Of a stretch of 64,000 nt of DNA, positions 1 to 9,036 are shown one piece after another. Every line of letters begins with the position of its first letter. Within the stretch, counting starts at the first letter, position 1. The position numbers and the translations under genes are program-made. The stretch is from contig JAIXUD010000009.1 of the NCBI GenBank assembly GCA_027483645.1, positions 116,814-180,813 of the forward strand, in the 5' to 3' direction. The notes below the pieces were generated by a model. The model did not search any database. It saw only the letters and a list, made by a program, of their open reading frames with translations, and was not told the origin of the DNA. This DNA comes from Sphingobacteriales bacterium (lineage in GTDB: Bacteria > Bacteroidota > Bacteroidia > Chitinophagales > CAIOSU01).

Positions 1-1028
1 TTTGCTTTGGCGATAGCTATACCTTCAATAACCAAACGCTCACCCAAAGTGGCAGCTACCAAGATACTTTGATAAACACAGCGGGTTGCGATAGCATCCT
101 TACTTTGAACCTAACCGTGAGCCCACGCATCAATACCACCTTTAGCGAAGTATTGTGCGATGGCAGTAGCCTGATCTTTAATGGGCAAACTATTAGCGCT
201 GCTGGCCAATATTTGGATACCTTAACAAATGTGGCGGGTTGCGATAGTTTTATCACCCTCAATGTATCCCTTGCCTTGACCAGTAGTAGCACATTGGTAG
301 ATGTGGCCTGCGAGAGCTTCATTTTTGCTGGGCAAACACTTACTACAAGTGGCACTTATACCAATACCCTCACCAATAGCGCGGGTTGCGACTCGGTGAT
401 AACCTTGCAGTTGACCATTTTACAACCTACGGTTAGTGCCCTTAGCGATACCATCTGCGATGGCGAAACTTACACTTTTGGCGGTCAAGCCCTGAGCACT
501 GGCGGCACCTATACCAACACGGTAACCAATGCAGCAGGGTGTGATTCGGTGATTACTCTTGAGCTTTCAGTAAGGCCAGCCCCAACAGTTACCATCACCC
601 AAGCAGGTGCCAACCTTGCTGCTGACGGGGGTTTTGCAACCTATCAATGGCAATTAAATGGCAGCGACATCGCCACTGCAACCAATGAAACGTACACCGC
701 CACCCAAAACGGAAACTATACCGTAGTAGTAACCGACGGCAATGGCTGCGAAGGTACAGCCGCAAGCATAACTGTTACTGGGGTAGGCATTACGACCCTT
801 GCTAGCAACATCTCGGTAGAGCTTTATCCTAACCCAGCCAACGATTTCATAATTGTCGAAAGCACTACTACCATTACTGGATATGAAATAAGGAACGTAA
901 TAGGTCAATTGGTACTAAACGGTGAGTATAACGGCAGCATCAACATACAAGATTTAGCTAGTGCTACTTACCTTGTAGTTATCAAAACCGCTAAAGGCAC
1001 CGCGGTAAGGAAGTTCTTTAAAGAGTAA
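1..1028 (+). CDS. Secreted cell-surface repeat protein with T9SS C-terminal sorting domain (5' end outside window)
   Basis: The frame-3 ORF is open from nt 3 with no start in the window. It has four tandem ~50-aa Cys-containing repeats (C.G..Y.F.GQ...(S/T)G.Y...(L/V)TN.AGCDS..TL.L). An Ig-like module follows (YQWQLNG...GNYTVVVTDGNGC). The C-terminal ~75 aa (LYPNPANDFIIVES...ATYLVVIKTAKG) fits the T9SS/Por sorting-domain pattern. A hairpin terminator follows. Confidence 0.8.
   Translation, partial: CFGDSYTFNNQTLTQSGSYQDTLINTAGCDSILTLNLTVSPRINTTFSEVLCDGSSLIFNGQTISAAGQYLDTLTNVAGCDSFITLNVSLALTSSSTLVDVACESFIFAGQTLTTSGTYTNTLTNSAGCDSVITLQLTILQPTVSALSDTICDGETYTFGGQALSTGGTYTNTVTNAAGCDSVITLELSVRPAPTVTITQAGANLAADGGFATYQWQLNGSDIATATNETYTATQNGNYTVVVTDGNGCEGTAASITVTGVGITTLASNISVELYPNPANDFIIVESTTTITGYEIRNVIGQLVLNGEYNGSINIQDLASATYLVVIKTAKGTAVRKFFKE
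3..590 (+). repeat. Four tandem in-frame coding repeats of 147-153 bp (AGCDS repeats)
   Basis: Leading Cys codons fall at nt 3, 156, 309 and 456, giving periods of 153, 153 and 147 bp. Conserved blocks include GQT(L/I)..(S/A)G.Y and TN.AGCDS.ITL. Confidence 0.85.
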
Positions 1029-1053
1029 AAAAGTTTTACTAGAGTAAATTTAA

Positions 1054-1090
1054 CAGCGACTGTTCCATAAAGGGGCAGTCGCTGTTTTTG
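1054..1090 (+). terminator. Rho-independent terminator after the T9SS repeat protein
   Basis: A perfect 9-bp stem, cagcgactg (1054-1062) with cagtcgctg (1076-1084), is followed by tttttg. It lies 26 nt after the stop codon. Confidence 0.7.
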
Positions 1091-1261
1091 TATCGATAAA
1101 TGAATGACGTTAAATAGTATTCGGCTGGGTACTATCTAGGTAAAGATTAAAAAGTAGAAGGAAGGTATTTAGCTCGCAATGCCCGCCTCTTACTTATTAG
1201 CATGGTTAGGAAAATACTGTAAGCAGCGTCAGCAAATCCCTCAACCTGCTTGCGTGCTATA

Positions 1262-1609
1262 CTAGCCATTCTTTGCAGGCATCTCTACACTAGTGGCGCT
1301 ATTGCGCTCTACTTTAGCCTTAACATCCCTGCCGATAATGTACCCAAAGGCGGCCATACCGATAGTCAATAACACTATGGAAAGTATCTTGCGCCATTTT
1401 GGGGTTGCCGGTATATCGTTTATATCGGCACCTTTAGGCAGGTAGTGCATATTGGCCAGTACCATAGCCACTCCTATCGTAAGCCAAACCACAGTCTCAA
1501 TATATTGTTGCTGCACTATACTTACTACCGCCGTAGCCAGGAATATGCCACCAGAAATATAGTTAAGGGATACTGGTTTCTTTTTTTGTTGAGTGTCTGT
1601 AGTCATCAT
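1262..1609 (-). CDS. Small membrane protein (about 115 aa, 3 predicted TM helices), function unknown
   Basis: ORF with hydrophobic segments (GGIFLATAVVSIV, VVWLTIGVAMVLA, ILSIVLLTIGMAAFGYII). I prefer the internal ATG at 1609 (MMTTDTQQKKK) over the ORF-track start at 1663. It is co-oriented downstream of the sigma operon. Confidence 0.5.
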   Translation of the reverse strand: MMTTDTQQKKKPVSLNYISGGIFLATAVVSIVQQQYIETVVWLTIGVAMVLANMHYLPKGADINDIPATPKWRKILSIVLLTIGMAAFGYIIGRDVKAKVERNSATSVEMPAKNG

Positions 1610-1694
1610 GTTTGCTTTTTTAGTTTTGGTAATGTTTATATGGTTAGTACACACTTCGGCCATAATATTACACCACCACCCAACTTTTTTTCAT

Positions 1695-2312
1695 TTACCC
1701 CTGCTCCAGTTCGGCCAAGCATTGCTGTAAGGCGCGCAGCGGCTTTGCGTACATTCGATTTATATACCACTTAGTACCCCAAAATATTAATCCCATTATT
1801 GCCAAACTTGCCGGCACGGCATACCAAGCAGTTAGCACAGCAGGCATTTGTTCATCAGCTCCTTCGGCTTCCATGTAGCCATACACCCCGCCCAATACAA
1901 AACCAACAAGTGTACTGATGGCCATCATCCATATATATACCTTGATAAACTGCTGCACCGCCGATATTAACGCTCTTAGTAATTGTAAGGTGTTGCTCTC
2001 AAAAGCTACCAAATGCTTTAATTGGCGGTATTTCCAACCATATACCACCGCCATTACGGCGCATAAACCCAGGGAAAACAATGCAACCATTTGCAAAAGC
2101 TCGTGTGTATTTACTACCAGCGCAACAGCAGCACCAGCTAGTACCACAATCAAGCTTCCTACCTCCCAAAGTATTGCACGGTTTACTTGTGCAGCCAAGT
2201 GAGTTCCTTTACCATGTATGGCTTCGCTTATTGCTTTTTGGTCTAGGCGGTCGGTTTGGGCGGCCGTATCTAAGTTGCTATTCAGCAGGGTTATATAGTT
2301 GTCAAGGTTCAT
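1695..2312 (-). CDS. Four-TM membrane protein, candidate anti-sigma partner of the upstream ECF sigma
   Basis: Its ATG overlaps the sigma stop codon (ATGA at 2309-2312), implying translational coupling. It has a cytoplasmic-looking ~50-aa N-terminus followed by hydrophobic helices. I saw no zinc-binding anti-sigma motif. Confidence 0.55.
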   Translation of the reverse strand: MNLDNYITLLNSNLDTAAQTDRLDQKAISEAIHGKGTHLAAQVNRAILWEVGSLIVVLAGAAVALVVNTHELLQMVALFSLGLCAVMAVVYGWKYRQLKHLVAFESNTLQLLRALISAVQQFIKVYIWMMAISTLVGFVLGGVYGYMEAEGADEQMPAVLTAWYAVPASLAIMGLIFWGTKWYINRMYAKPLRALQQCLAELEQG

Positions 2313-2803
2313 AGCTGCTGTTGTTTAATTATTAGGGTCAACTTTTCCTTTACCCTAGCCATTTTTACCGCCACATTGTTTGGGGTAATGCCTAGTATTT
2401 CGGCAATAGCTTGGTAGGGCTGTGCCTCAAGGTAGAGCGCAACTAGTGCTTTTTCTATTCCGCTAAGCTGCTTTATGGCGGTATACAGTGCTTGTAGCTG
2501 CTCCTGTTCTTGTGGGTCAGTGTCATCTACTACTTGAGGCATAGTATCTAGGAAAATCCTATCGGGTCGGCGGCTTTCTTTCTTTAAGTGCGAAATAGCC
2601 GTATTGAGTGCTATGCGGTACAGCCAAGTGCCAAAAGCAGCCTCTGCCCTAAAGTTGGCATATGAGCGCCATGCCTGCAACATCATTTCTTGCAGCAGGT
2701 CGCGGCGCTCTTCTGGGTTATCTCCATATAGGCGTGCCACCTTGTGCAGTATGCCCTGGTGTTGATTAACTAGTGCTATAAACTCCTTTTCAGATGCGGC
2801 CAA
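2309..2803 (-). CDS. ECF-type RNA polymerase sigma-70 factor (TTG start)
   Basis: At 164 aa it matches the region 2 pattern (DLLQEMMLQAWRSYANFR...AFGTWLYRIALNTAISHLKK). It also matches region 4 (LSGIEKALVALYLEAQPYQAIAEILGITPNNVAVKMARVKEKL). Confidence 0.85.
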   Translation of the reverse strand: MAASEKEFIALVNQHQGILHKVARLYGDNPEERRDLLQEMMLQAWRSYANFRAEAAFGTWLYRIALNTAISHLKKESRRPDRIFLDTMPQVVDDTDPQEQEQLQALYTAIKQLSGIEKALVALYLEAQPYQAIAEILGITPNNVAVKMARVKEKLTLIIKQQQL

Positions 2804-2973
2804 AAGGTTCGTTTATGGATTAGTATCTATTGAAGCGAATTTATTACAAACAGCCGGATATTTTTTCTAGCAGTATTTAATAAAAGATAAAAACTAATTG
2901 GCCTTGCTGATGCAAGCAAATAATTAACACAAATTAATTACCACCACAATAAGCAATTGTAAAAATGCTGAGT

Positions 2974-2981
2974 TACTTTTG
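2974..2981 (+). promoter_or_regulatory. Candidate Bacteroidota -7 box (TActTTTG) for the ABC/HlyD/TolC operon
   Basis: It matches the TAnnTTTG consensus and lies 28 nt upstream of the ATG at 3010, in an AT-rich 206-bp divergent intergenic region. Confidence 0.35.
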
Positions 2982-3009
2982 TAATAAAATTACGGGGTAA
3001 CAACCATAT

Positions 3010-5097
3010 ATGAATGAATCATTACTATGGCTGGTAAATATTCTAAGTAGCACTGCCTCTATCAAAACTTCGTCTGCTGCAGATACACTTTTTTTATCGA
3101 CTTGCGAAAAAAACAGGGTACAAGAGGTATTGCCCAACGCATTTACGCGCTGGTGCCAGACGAATCATATATTCTTTACAACTACAGTTGGCCGTGAGGA
3201 TTGTAGCGTATTTGACGTTGCCGTTCAGTTTCAGTATAAAAATGACGAGCTTATTATTGTTGTGGCCAAGGCCATTCTTGGGGATAAGATTGAAGTTTAT
3301 ACTCGTTATACTGCCGATAATGAGTTAAAAGAAGCCAATGGAAATACCGCACTCTTGCACGAATACTTCGATGATGAGCCGATATACTTGCTGCATTTAA
3401 ATGCCTCTCACCAATTACCGCCAAGTAAAGGAACTCCCTTAAAGGATTTTTGGCAGATATTGATGCAGGATAAGAAAGATGTCATCTTGGTTTATGTATT
3501 CGCTATATTCGGCGGGATTATCAACCTAACTCTGCCATTAGGCATACAAGCTATTATTAATCTTATTACCATGCAGCAAATGAACACTAGTTGGTGGGTG
3601 TTGCTGTTTGTGGTACTTTCAGGTATAATATTTACTGGTATTGCCCAAATCTTCCAGTTATCTATAATAGAAACCTTACAGCAAAGATTGTTTTTTAGGG
3701 CTGCTTTCACCTTTTCATCCAAATTACCCAAACTAAATTTCGAAAAACTGTCTGGCTATTATCCTCCAGAGTTGGTGAATCGCTTTTTTGATGTACTAAC
3801 TATACAAAAAGGGATGACCAAAATCTTGATGGACTTTTCTACTTCAACCCTACAAATTTTGTTTGGCTTGCTGTTATTAGCCTTCTACCATCCATTTTTT
3901 ATTTACTTCGGTACCTTGTGGCTCGTAATTTTAATTGCTATCATTCGCTTTACCTCACCTGCCGGCATTAGAACTTCGCTAGAAGAAAGTAAATACAAAT
4001 ATAAGCTGGTGTATTGGTTAGAAGAGGTAGCCCGCAATTTAACCACCTTTAAGTTGAGTGACTCCCAACAATACATCTTTCAACGAACGGATGGTAATGT
4101 TACCGGTTACTTGAAAGCCCGAAAATCTCATTTTGCTGTTCTTATACAGCAGTTTGCTAGTATCATCTTATTCAAATTTATTGTTACCGGTAGTTTGCTG
4201 GTGGTAGGCAGCATACTGGTAATGAACCAAGAATTGAACGTAGGCCAGTTTGTGGCAGCTGAAATTATCATAATCCTATTGATGGTAGCTGCGGAGAAAT
4301 TGATGAACACCATGGAAACCGTATACGATGTACTTACAGCGGTAGAAAAGCTAAAAGGAGTAACTACTTTACCCGAGGATGAGACTTACGCTAGTGGTTT
4401 TGCGCCTGGGGACCTAAGTGATGGCTATACCCTACAGGTAAAGAATGTGAGTTATAAGTACCATGATAGCCAAAAAAATATATTGCAAGGGGTGAATTTT
4501 ACTGCTGGCAAAGGAGAAAAAATCATAATTAAAGCCACTGGTGGGGCGGGTAAAACAACCTTGTTGAAATTATTAACCGGCCTATATCAGCCGGTGGAAG
4601 GACAAATATTGCTAAACGATTTACCTATTAATGGATTTAGGCAAGATGAAATATTGCCTCATATAGGGCACAACCTTGATGCAGGGCAAATATTTAACGG
4701 AACACTGGAAGAAAACATAAGCCTAGGTAGAATCGGTATAACGCTGGATGCAATAATGGAGGCCTGCCGCCTGAGCAACTTATTGCCCTTTATACAGCAG
4801 TTGCCCTATGGTTTGCTTACCGAACTTTCGCCAGCCGATAGGCGGTTGAGCGCGGGCTTCCTAAAGCGGATATCATTAGCCAGGGCTATAGTACACCAGC
4901 CTAGCTTGCTGATACTAGATGATGCCCTGCCCGAAATGGAAATAGAACCAGAACAGGCGTTGTTTAAGTATTTAATAGATGGCAATGATAGCAAAACGGT
5001 GATAATAATAAGTGATAATAAATATTTGGCGGACAATGCTACAAAAGTGTATCATCTTAGCAACAACAGATTGGAGCTAGTAAACCCGAAACCATGA
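3010..5097 (+). CDS. ABC exporter (N-terminal ~150-aa soluble domain + 6-TM domain + degenerate nucleotide-binding domain), bacteriocin/T1SS-exporter architecture
   Basis: Walker A is GGAGKTT (4534-4560). The signature is LSAGF (4846-4860) rather than LSGGQ. Walker B is LLILDD (4906-4923) rather than ..DE. The H-loop position reads ISDN (5011-5019). The stop overlaps the HlyD start (ATGA). Confidence 0.8.
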   Translation: MNESLLWLVNILSSTASIKTSSAADTLFLSTCEKNRVQEVLPNAFTRWCQTNHIFFTTTVGREDCSVFDVAVQFQYKNDELIIVVAKAILGDKIEVYTRYTADNELKEANGNTALLHEYFDDEPIYLLHLNASHQLPPSKGTPLKDFWQILMQDKKDVILVYVFAIFGGIINLTLPLGIQAIINLITMQQMNTSWWVLLFVVLSGIIFTGIAQIFQLSIIETLQQRLFFRAAFTFSSKLPKLNFEKLSGYYPPELVNRFFDVLTIQKGMTKILMDFSTSTLQILFGLLLLAFYHPFFIYFGTLWLVILIAIIRFTSPAGIRTSLEESKYKYKLVYWLEEVARNLTTFKLSDSQQYIFQRTDGNVTGYLKARKSHFAVLIQQFASIILFKFIVTGSLLVVGSILVMNQELNVGQFVAAEIIIILLMVAAEKLMNTMETVYDVLTAVEKLKGVTTLPEDETYASGFAPGDLSDGYTLQVKNVSYKYHDSQKNILQGVNFTAGKGEKIIIKATGGAGKTTLLKLLTGLYQPVEGQILLNDLPINGFRQDEILPHIGHNLDAGQIFNGTLEENISLGRIGITLDAIMEACRLSNLLPFIQQLPYGLLTELSPADRRLSAGFLKRISLARAIVHQPSLLILDDALPEMEIEPEQALFKYLIDGNDSKTVIIISDNKYLADNATKVYHLSNNRLELVNPKP

Positions 5098-6470
5098 ACA
5101 GGCTCTTTAAAAAAGACTACGAACAAAAGGGGCGGTTTATAGCAAGCTTGGAGCTAAGCAATAATAAAATCTCCCGAAGGGCTGCGCGGGTAACAGCGGC
5201 TTTTTTCTCCGTCTGCTTTATCATGTTTTTTGTACCATGGACCCAAAACGTGCAAGTAAAAGGCAACCTTGTAACCCTTAGGCCTGAGCAAAAGCCACAA
5301 CCAGTAAATTCCATTATTGCTGGCAAGATAGCTAGATGGTATGTGCGCGAAGGGCAAAGAGTGGAAAAGGGTGATACCATAGTGTACCTAGAAGAAGTAA
5401 ATGATAAATTTTTGGATACACTTACCTTGCAAAGGCTAAAAGCCCAGGTGGATGCAAAAAAGCAAGGAGTAGATTTTTACAAAGAAAAAATAGCCAGCCA
5501 AACCGAACAGCTAAATTCATTGTTGGCTATACAGAGACTAAAGTTTGAGCAAACCACCAACAAGCTGGAGCAATCAAGGTTGAAAGTGGTAACCGATAGT
5601 ATGAATATGGTAGCTGCCCAAACCGATTTAAGGATTGCCCAAGAACAATATAACCGCTTTGATACCTTATATCGCAAAGGTCTCAAATCGTTAACCGAAC
5701 TTGAAGGAAGGCTATTAAAGTTACAAGAAACCCAAGCTAAATATTTAGCATCACAAAACAAACTACTCACCACCAGAAATGAATTCTTAAATGCTGAGAT
5801 TGATATGTCGGGCATAATGAATGAATACCAAGAGAAGATTTTCAAAACCGAAAGCGAGCAGTTTTCATCGTTTACCGATCTTTATCAGTCAGAGGCCGAC
5901 TATGCTAAATTAAGTAACGAGCTATCGAACATTACGGTAAGGGGTAACTTTTACTATGTTACTAGCCCCCAAACGGGTCTGGTGAGCCGTACCATAGCAT
6001 CGGGCATTGGCGAGTTTATTAGTGCTGGTGCTACCGTAGCCAGTATTGTGCCCGAAGATCAAGATTTGGTAATTGAGCTTTTCGTAAGGCCTATGGACCT
6101 TCCGCTGGTGCATACTGGGGCGAAAGCCCGGGTACAGTTTGATGGGTGGCCGGCATTAGTGTTTTCCGGGTGGCCCTCGGTTACCCAAGGCACTTACGGC
6201 GCAGTAGTTATTGCAGTTGACGAAGTAATAAGCCCTAATGGCAACTTTAGGATACTCGTATCGCCAGATGAAAGCGAGACCCCTTGGCCTGAGGCGTTGA
6301 GGGTAGGCTCGGGTGCCAATGCATGGTTGATGCTTCTAGACGTGCCAATATGGTACGAGCTGTGGCGCCAGTTTAATGGCTTCCCTCCAGATTACTATGT
6401 ACCCGCTACCAATACTATACCAAGCGCCAATGCTGACCCCAGTAAAGGCAGTGAAAAAAATAAAAAGTAA
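5094..6470 (+). CDS. HlyD-family membrane fusion (periplasmic adaptor) protein
   Basis: It has an N-terminal TM anchor (AAFFSVCFIMFFVPW), a lipoyl-like block (VEKGDTIVYLE), a long coiled-coil middle and a C-terminal barrel region. It is translationally coupled to the ABC gene. Confidence 0.8.
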   Translation: MNRLFKKDYEQKGRFIASLELSNNKISRRAARVTAAFFSVCFIMFFVPWTQNVQVKGNLVTLRPEQKPQPVNSIIAGKIARWYVREGQRVEKGDTIVYLEEVNDKFLDTLTLQRLKAQVDAKKQGVDFYKEKIASQTEQLNSLLAIQRLKFEQTTNKLEQSRLKVVTDSMNMVAAQTDLRIAQEQYNRFDTLYRKGLKSLTELEGRLLKLQETQAKYLASQNKLLTTRNEFLNAEIDMSGIMNEYQEKIFKTESEQFSSFTDLYQSEADYAKLSNELSNITVRGNFYYVTSPQTGLVSRTIASGIGEFISAGATVASIVPEDQDLVIELFVRPMDLPLVHTGAKARVQFDGWPALVFSGWPSVTQGTYGAVVIAVDEVISPNGNFRILVSPDESETPWPEALRVGSGANAWLMLLDVPIWYELWRQFNGFPPDYYVPATNTIPSANADPSKGSEKNKK

Positions 6471-6479
6471 GGACAAGCG

Positions 6480-7880
6480 ATGAAGCTATTCTGGCCAATT
6501 TTATTGCTTATTAGTTCCTTAATAACGGCGCAAGACACCGCCGTTTACAGCAATGTGTTTAGTTACGAAGAGTACATCAATTGGGTAGCCAAGCACCACC
6601 CGGTAATGGCACAATCTCAAATTATTACCGACCAGGCTGATGCTGTTTTAACCGAAGCCCGAGGCAACTTTGATCCCGAACTAGGTGGCAACTTCCGCCA
6701 AAAAGACTTTGAAGACAAAACGTATTATCGCATTGGGCAGGGCGGTCTATATGTACCAGCGTGGTTTGGAGCCGATGTAAACATCAACTACAAGTATGCC
6801 GAAGGAGGCCAACTAAACCCCGAGAATTATGTGCCACAGCCGGGCATTATGGAGTTTGGGATATCGGTACCATTATCGCCTTCGTTGTGGATGGATAAAA
6901 GAAGGGCAGCGCTACGAAATGCGAAGCTATTTGTTGAGTCGTCCGTTTGGATGCAAAAAGATTTTACCAACCAATTGTACCTGGCCAGCTCGTTAGATTA
7001 TTGGGATTGGGCGTTGCAATATGAAAGGGTAAAAATGCTTAATGAAGGCCTAACCATTGCCGAGCGGCAGTACAACTTGGTGCGCAACAGCGTGCTGGCG
7101 GGCGATAGGCCGACCATAGATTCAATAGAGGCCAACTTGCTGTTGCAACAAGTGCAGATAAACCTTGCCGAAGCCCAAATGCAACTGCAAAATGCTAGGT
7201 TGCAACTTTCCGTTCATCTATGGGTAGATGGGTACATACCGCTAGAACTTAACGACAGCCTACAGCCTGAACCCATTACCGCCCTAATAACCTACTGGGA
7301 CCTGCCTAGTGATACCGGTTTTTTGGAAATGCACCCCATGGTAAATATGCTACAGCTTGATGGTGAGCGATATAGAGTAGACCTGCAGCTGTACAAAGCC
7401 TCACTTTTCCCTCAAGTAAAACTTAGCTACCAAATGCTAGCAGGGTTAGAGCCCTTCGAAACCGATTTCGCCACTGGCAGCAATGGCCTGCAAAACAACC
7501 ATTACCTAGGTGTGGGCGTTAGTATGCCTATCTTTTGGGCAACCGAACGGGCAAACCTCAAACAGGCACAGTTGAAAATAAGAGATACCGAACTGAAGAT
7601 TGCCTTAAAACGGGCAGAGCTGGGTGTAAAATACGAGCAGCTGGGCAATGAAGCCAACACTTATACCAACCAAATCAACTTACTAAGTAGCAATATTGAA
7701 GGCTTTAGGATTTTGGTAGAAGCCGAAGAAACCTTATTTGCCGTAGGCGAAAGCTCTCTGTTTATGGTGAACACCCGCATCAACCGGCTATTGGATGCAC
7801 AACTAAAATTTGCGGAGCTAAACTTTAAGCGCAAAAAAGCATTTGTTTATTGGTATGTCATCTCTGGACAAGGATTTTAA
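6480..7880 (+). CDS. TolC-like outer membrane efflux protein
   Basis: It has a signal peptide (MKLFWPILLLISSLITAQ). Its 466-aa length and helix-rich composition fit the OEP family. It sits directly after the ABC and MFP genes. Confidence 0.7.
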   Translation: MKLFWPILLLISSLITAQDTAVYSNVFSYEEYINWVAKHHPVMAQSQIITDQADAVLTEARGNFDPELGGNFRQKDFEDKTYYRIGQGGLYVPAWFGADVNINYKYAEGGQLNPENYVPQPGIMEFGISVPLSPSLWMDKRRAALRNAKLFVESSVWMQKDFTNQLYLASSLDYWDWALQYERVKMLNEGLTIAERQYNLVRNSVLAGDRPTIDSIEANLLLQQVQINLAEAQMQLQNARLQLSVHLWVDGYIPLELNDSLQPEPITALITYWDLPSDTGFLEMHPMVNMLQLDGERYRVDLQLYKASLFPQVKLSYQMLAGLEPFETDFATGSNGLQNNHYLGVGVSMPIFWATERANLKQAQLKIRDTELKIALKRAELGVKYEQLGNEANTYTNQINLLSSNIEGFRILVEAEETLFAVGESSLFMVNTRINRLLDAQLKFAELNFKRKKAFVYWYVISGQGF

Positions 7881-7895
7881 AAATTGCTTAGCTAA

Positions 7896-9032
7896 TCACG
7901 CCTCAGCGGGCCCTTTCGCGGGTATGCTAAAATAAAACGTGGCACCCTTATCCACCTCCGATTCGGCCCATACTTTACCATGATGACGGGCAATGATGCG
8001 GCTTACAATAGCCAAGCCAACACCAGTACCCTCAAACTCCGATGCAGTATGCAACCGCTGGAACACGGTAAAAAGTTTGCTTACAAACCGCATATCAAAG
8101 CCAGCACCGTTGTCTTTTATACAAAAAACTATTTGGCTTCCCTCCACCTGCGCACTTACCGCTACCGCAGGATTCGCTACCTTGCGAGAATACTTCAGTG
8201 CGTTGCCAATCAGATTTTTCAGCACATGCATCATCAGCGATGGATCAGCATAAATAGTAGGCAACTCGCCAATAGTAATCTTTGCATGGTGTTGTAGCTC
8301 CTGCTCAATTTCAGCTAGCGCCCGCTCGGTAAGCAGCTGCATGTCAACAGCCTGCATTTGTACTTCTTTGCGCCCTAGTTTGGAGAAGTTGAGCAAATCA
8401 TTAATTAACTGGCCCATTTGGTAGCCGCTGGCCACTATCCTATCAAGCACCCTCTTGGCATCGGTGCTTAGCATTTCACCATGATCGGTTTCCAGTATCT
8501 TAGCAAAACCTATAATGGTGCGCACTGGTGCCCGCAAATCGTGCGATACGGAAAAACTGAACGACTCCAAGTCCTGGTTTATCTGTTGCAGGTCAGCATT
8601 TTTTTTAGCAAGCGTTATGTTCAGCTCCTCCAATGCCAGTTTTTGCAGGTGCTTTTCAATAAAAAATTTAACCTTATTTATCAATATCTCTGGCTGAAAA
8701 GGCTTGGTGATAAAACTAAAAGCGCCCTTTTCGTATCCTTTAAATATGTTCAAGTGGTCGGTATATACCGCCGAAATGAAAATGAAGGGCAAATCGGCCG
8801 TTCGCTCTTCCTCACGCAAAATACAGGCTAGTTCGTAGCCGTCCATTTCGGGCATCTGCACATCAAGCAAGGCCAAGGCAAAATTGTGATACATGGTGCA
8901 CTTAAGTGCCTCGTTACCGCTGTTTGCCCGCACTAGCTCCACATCTAAATCGCGCAGCACCACTTCCAATGCCAATAGATTTTGGGGTTTATCATCTACT
9001 ATCAAAATTTTGGGCCTGCTCTCCATAGTCAT
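7896..9032 (-). CDS. Receiver-histidine kinase fusion (REC-HisKA-HATPase_c)
   Basis: REC motifs are ILIVDDKPQNL and ALLDVQMPEMDG. The H-box is SHDLRAPV, the N-box GNALKYS, G1 DNGAGF and G2 GTGVGLAIV. It starts 4 nt after the upstream kinase stop. Confidence 0.85.
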   Translation of the reverse strand: MTMESRPKILIVDDKPQNLLALEVVLRDLDVELVRANSGNEALKCTMYHNFALALLDVQMPEMDGYELACILREEERTADLPFIFISAVYTDHLNIFKGYEKGAFSFITKPFQPEILINKVKFFIEKHLQKLALEELNITLAKKNADLQQINQDLESFSFSVSHDLRAPVRTIIGFAKILETDHGEMLSTDAKRVLDRIVASGYQMGQLINDLLNFSKLGRKEVQMQAVDMQLLTERALAEIEQELQHHAKITIGELPTIYADPSLMMHVLKNLIGNALKYSRKVANPAVAVSAQVEGSQIVFCIKDNGAGFDMRFVSKLFTVFQRLHTASEFEGTGVGLAIVSRIIARHHGKVWAESEVDKGATFYFSIPAKGPAEA

Positions 9033-9036
9033 TTTT

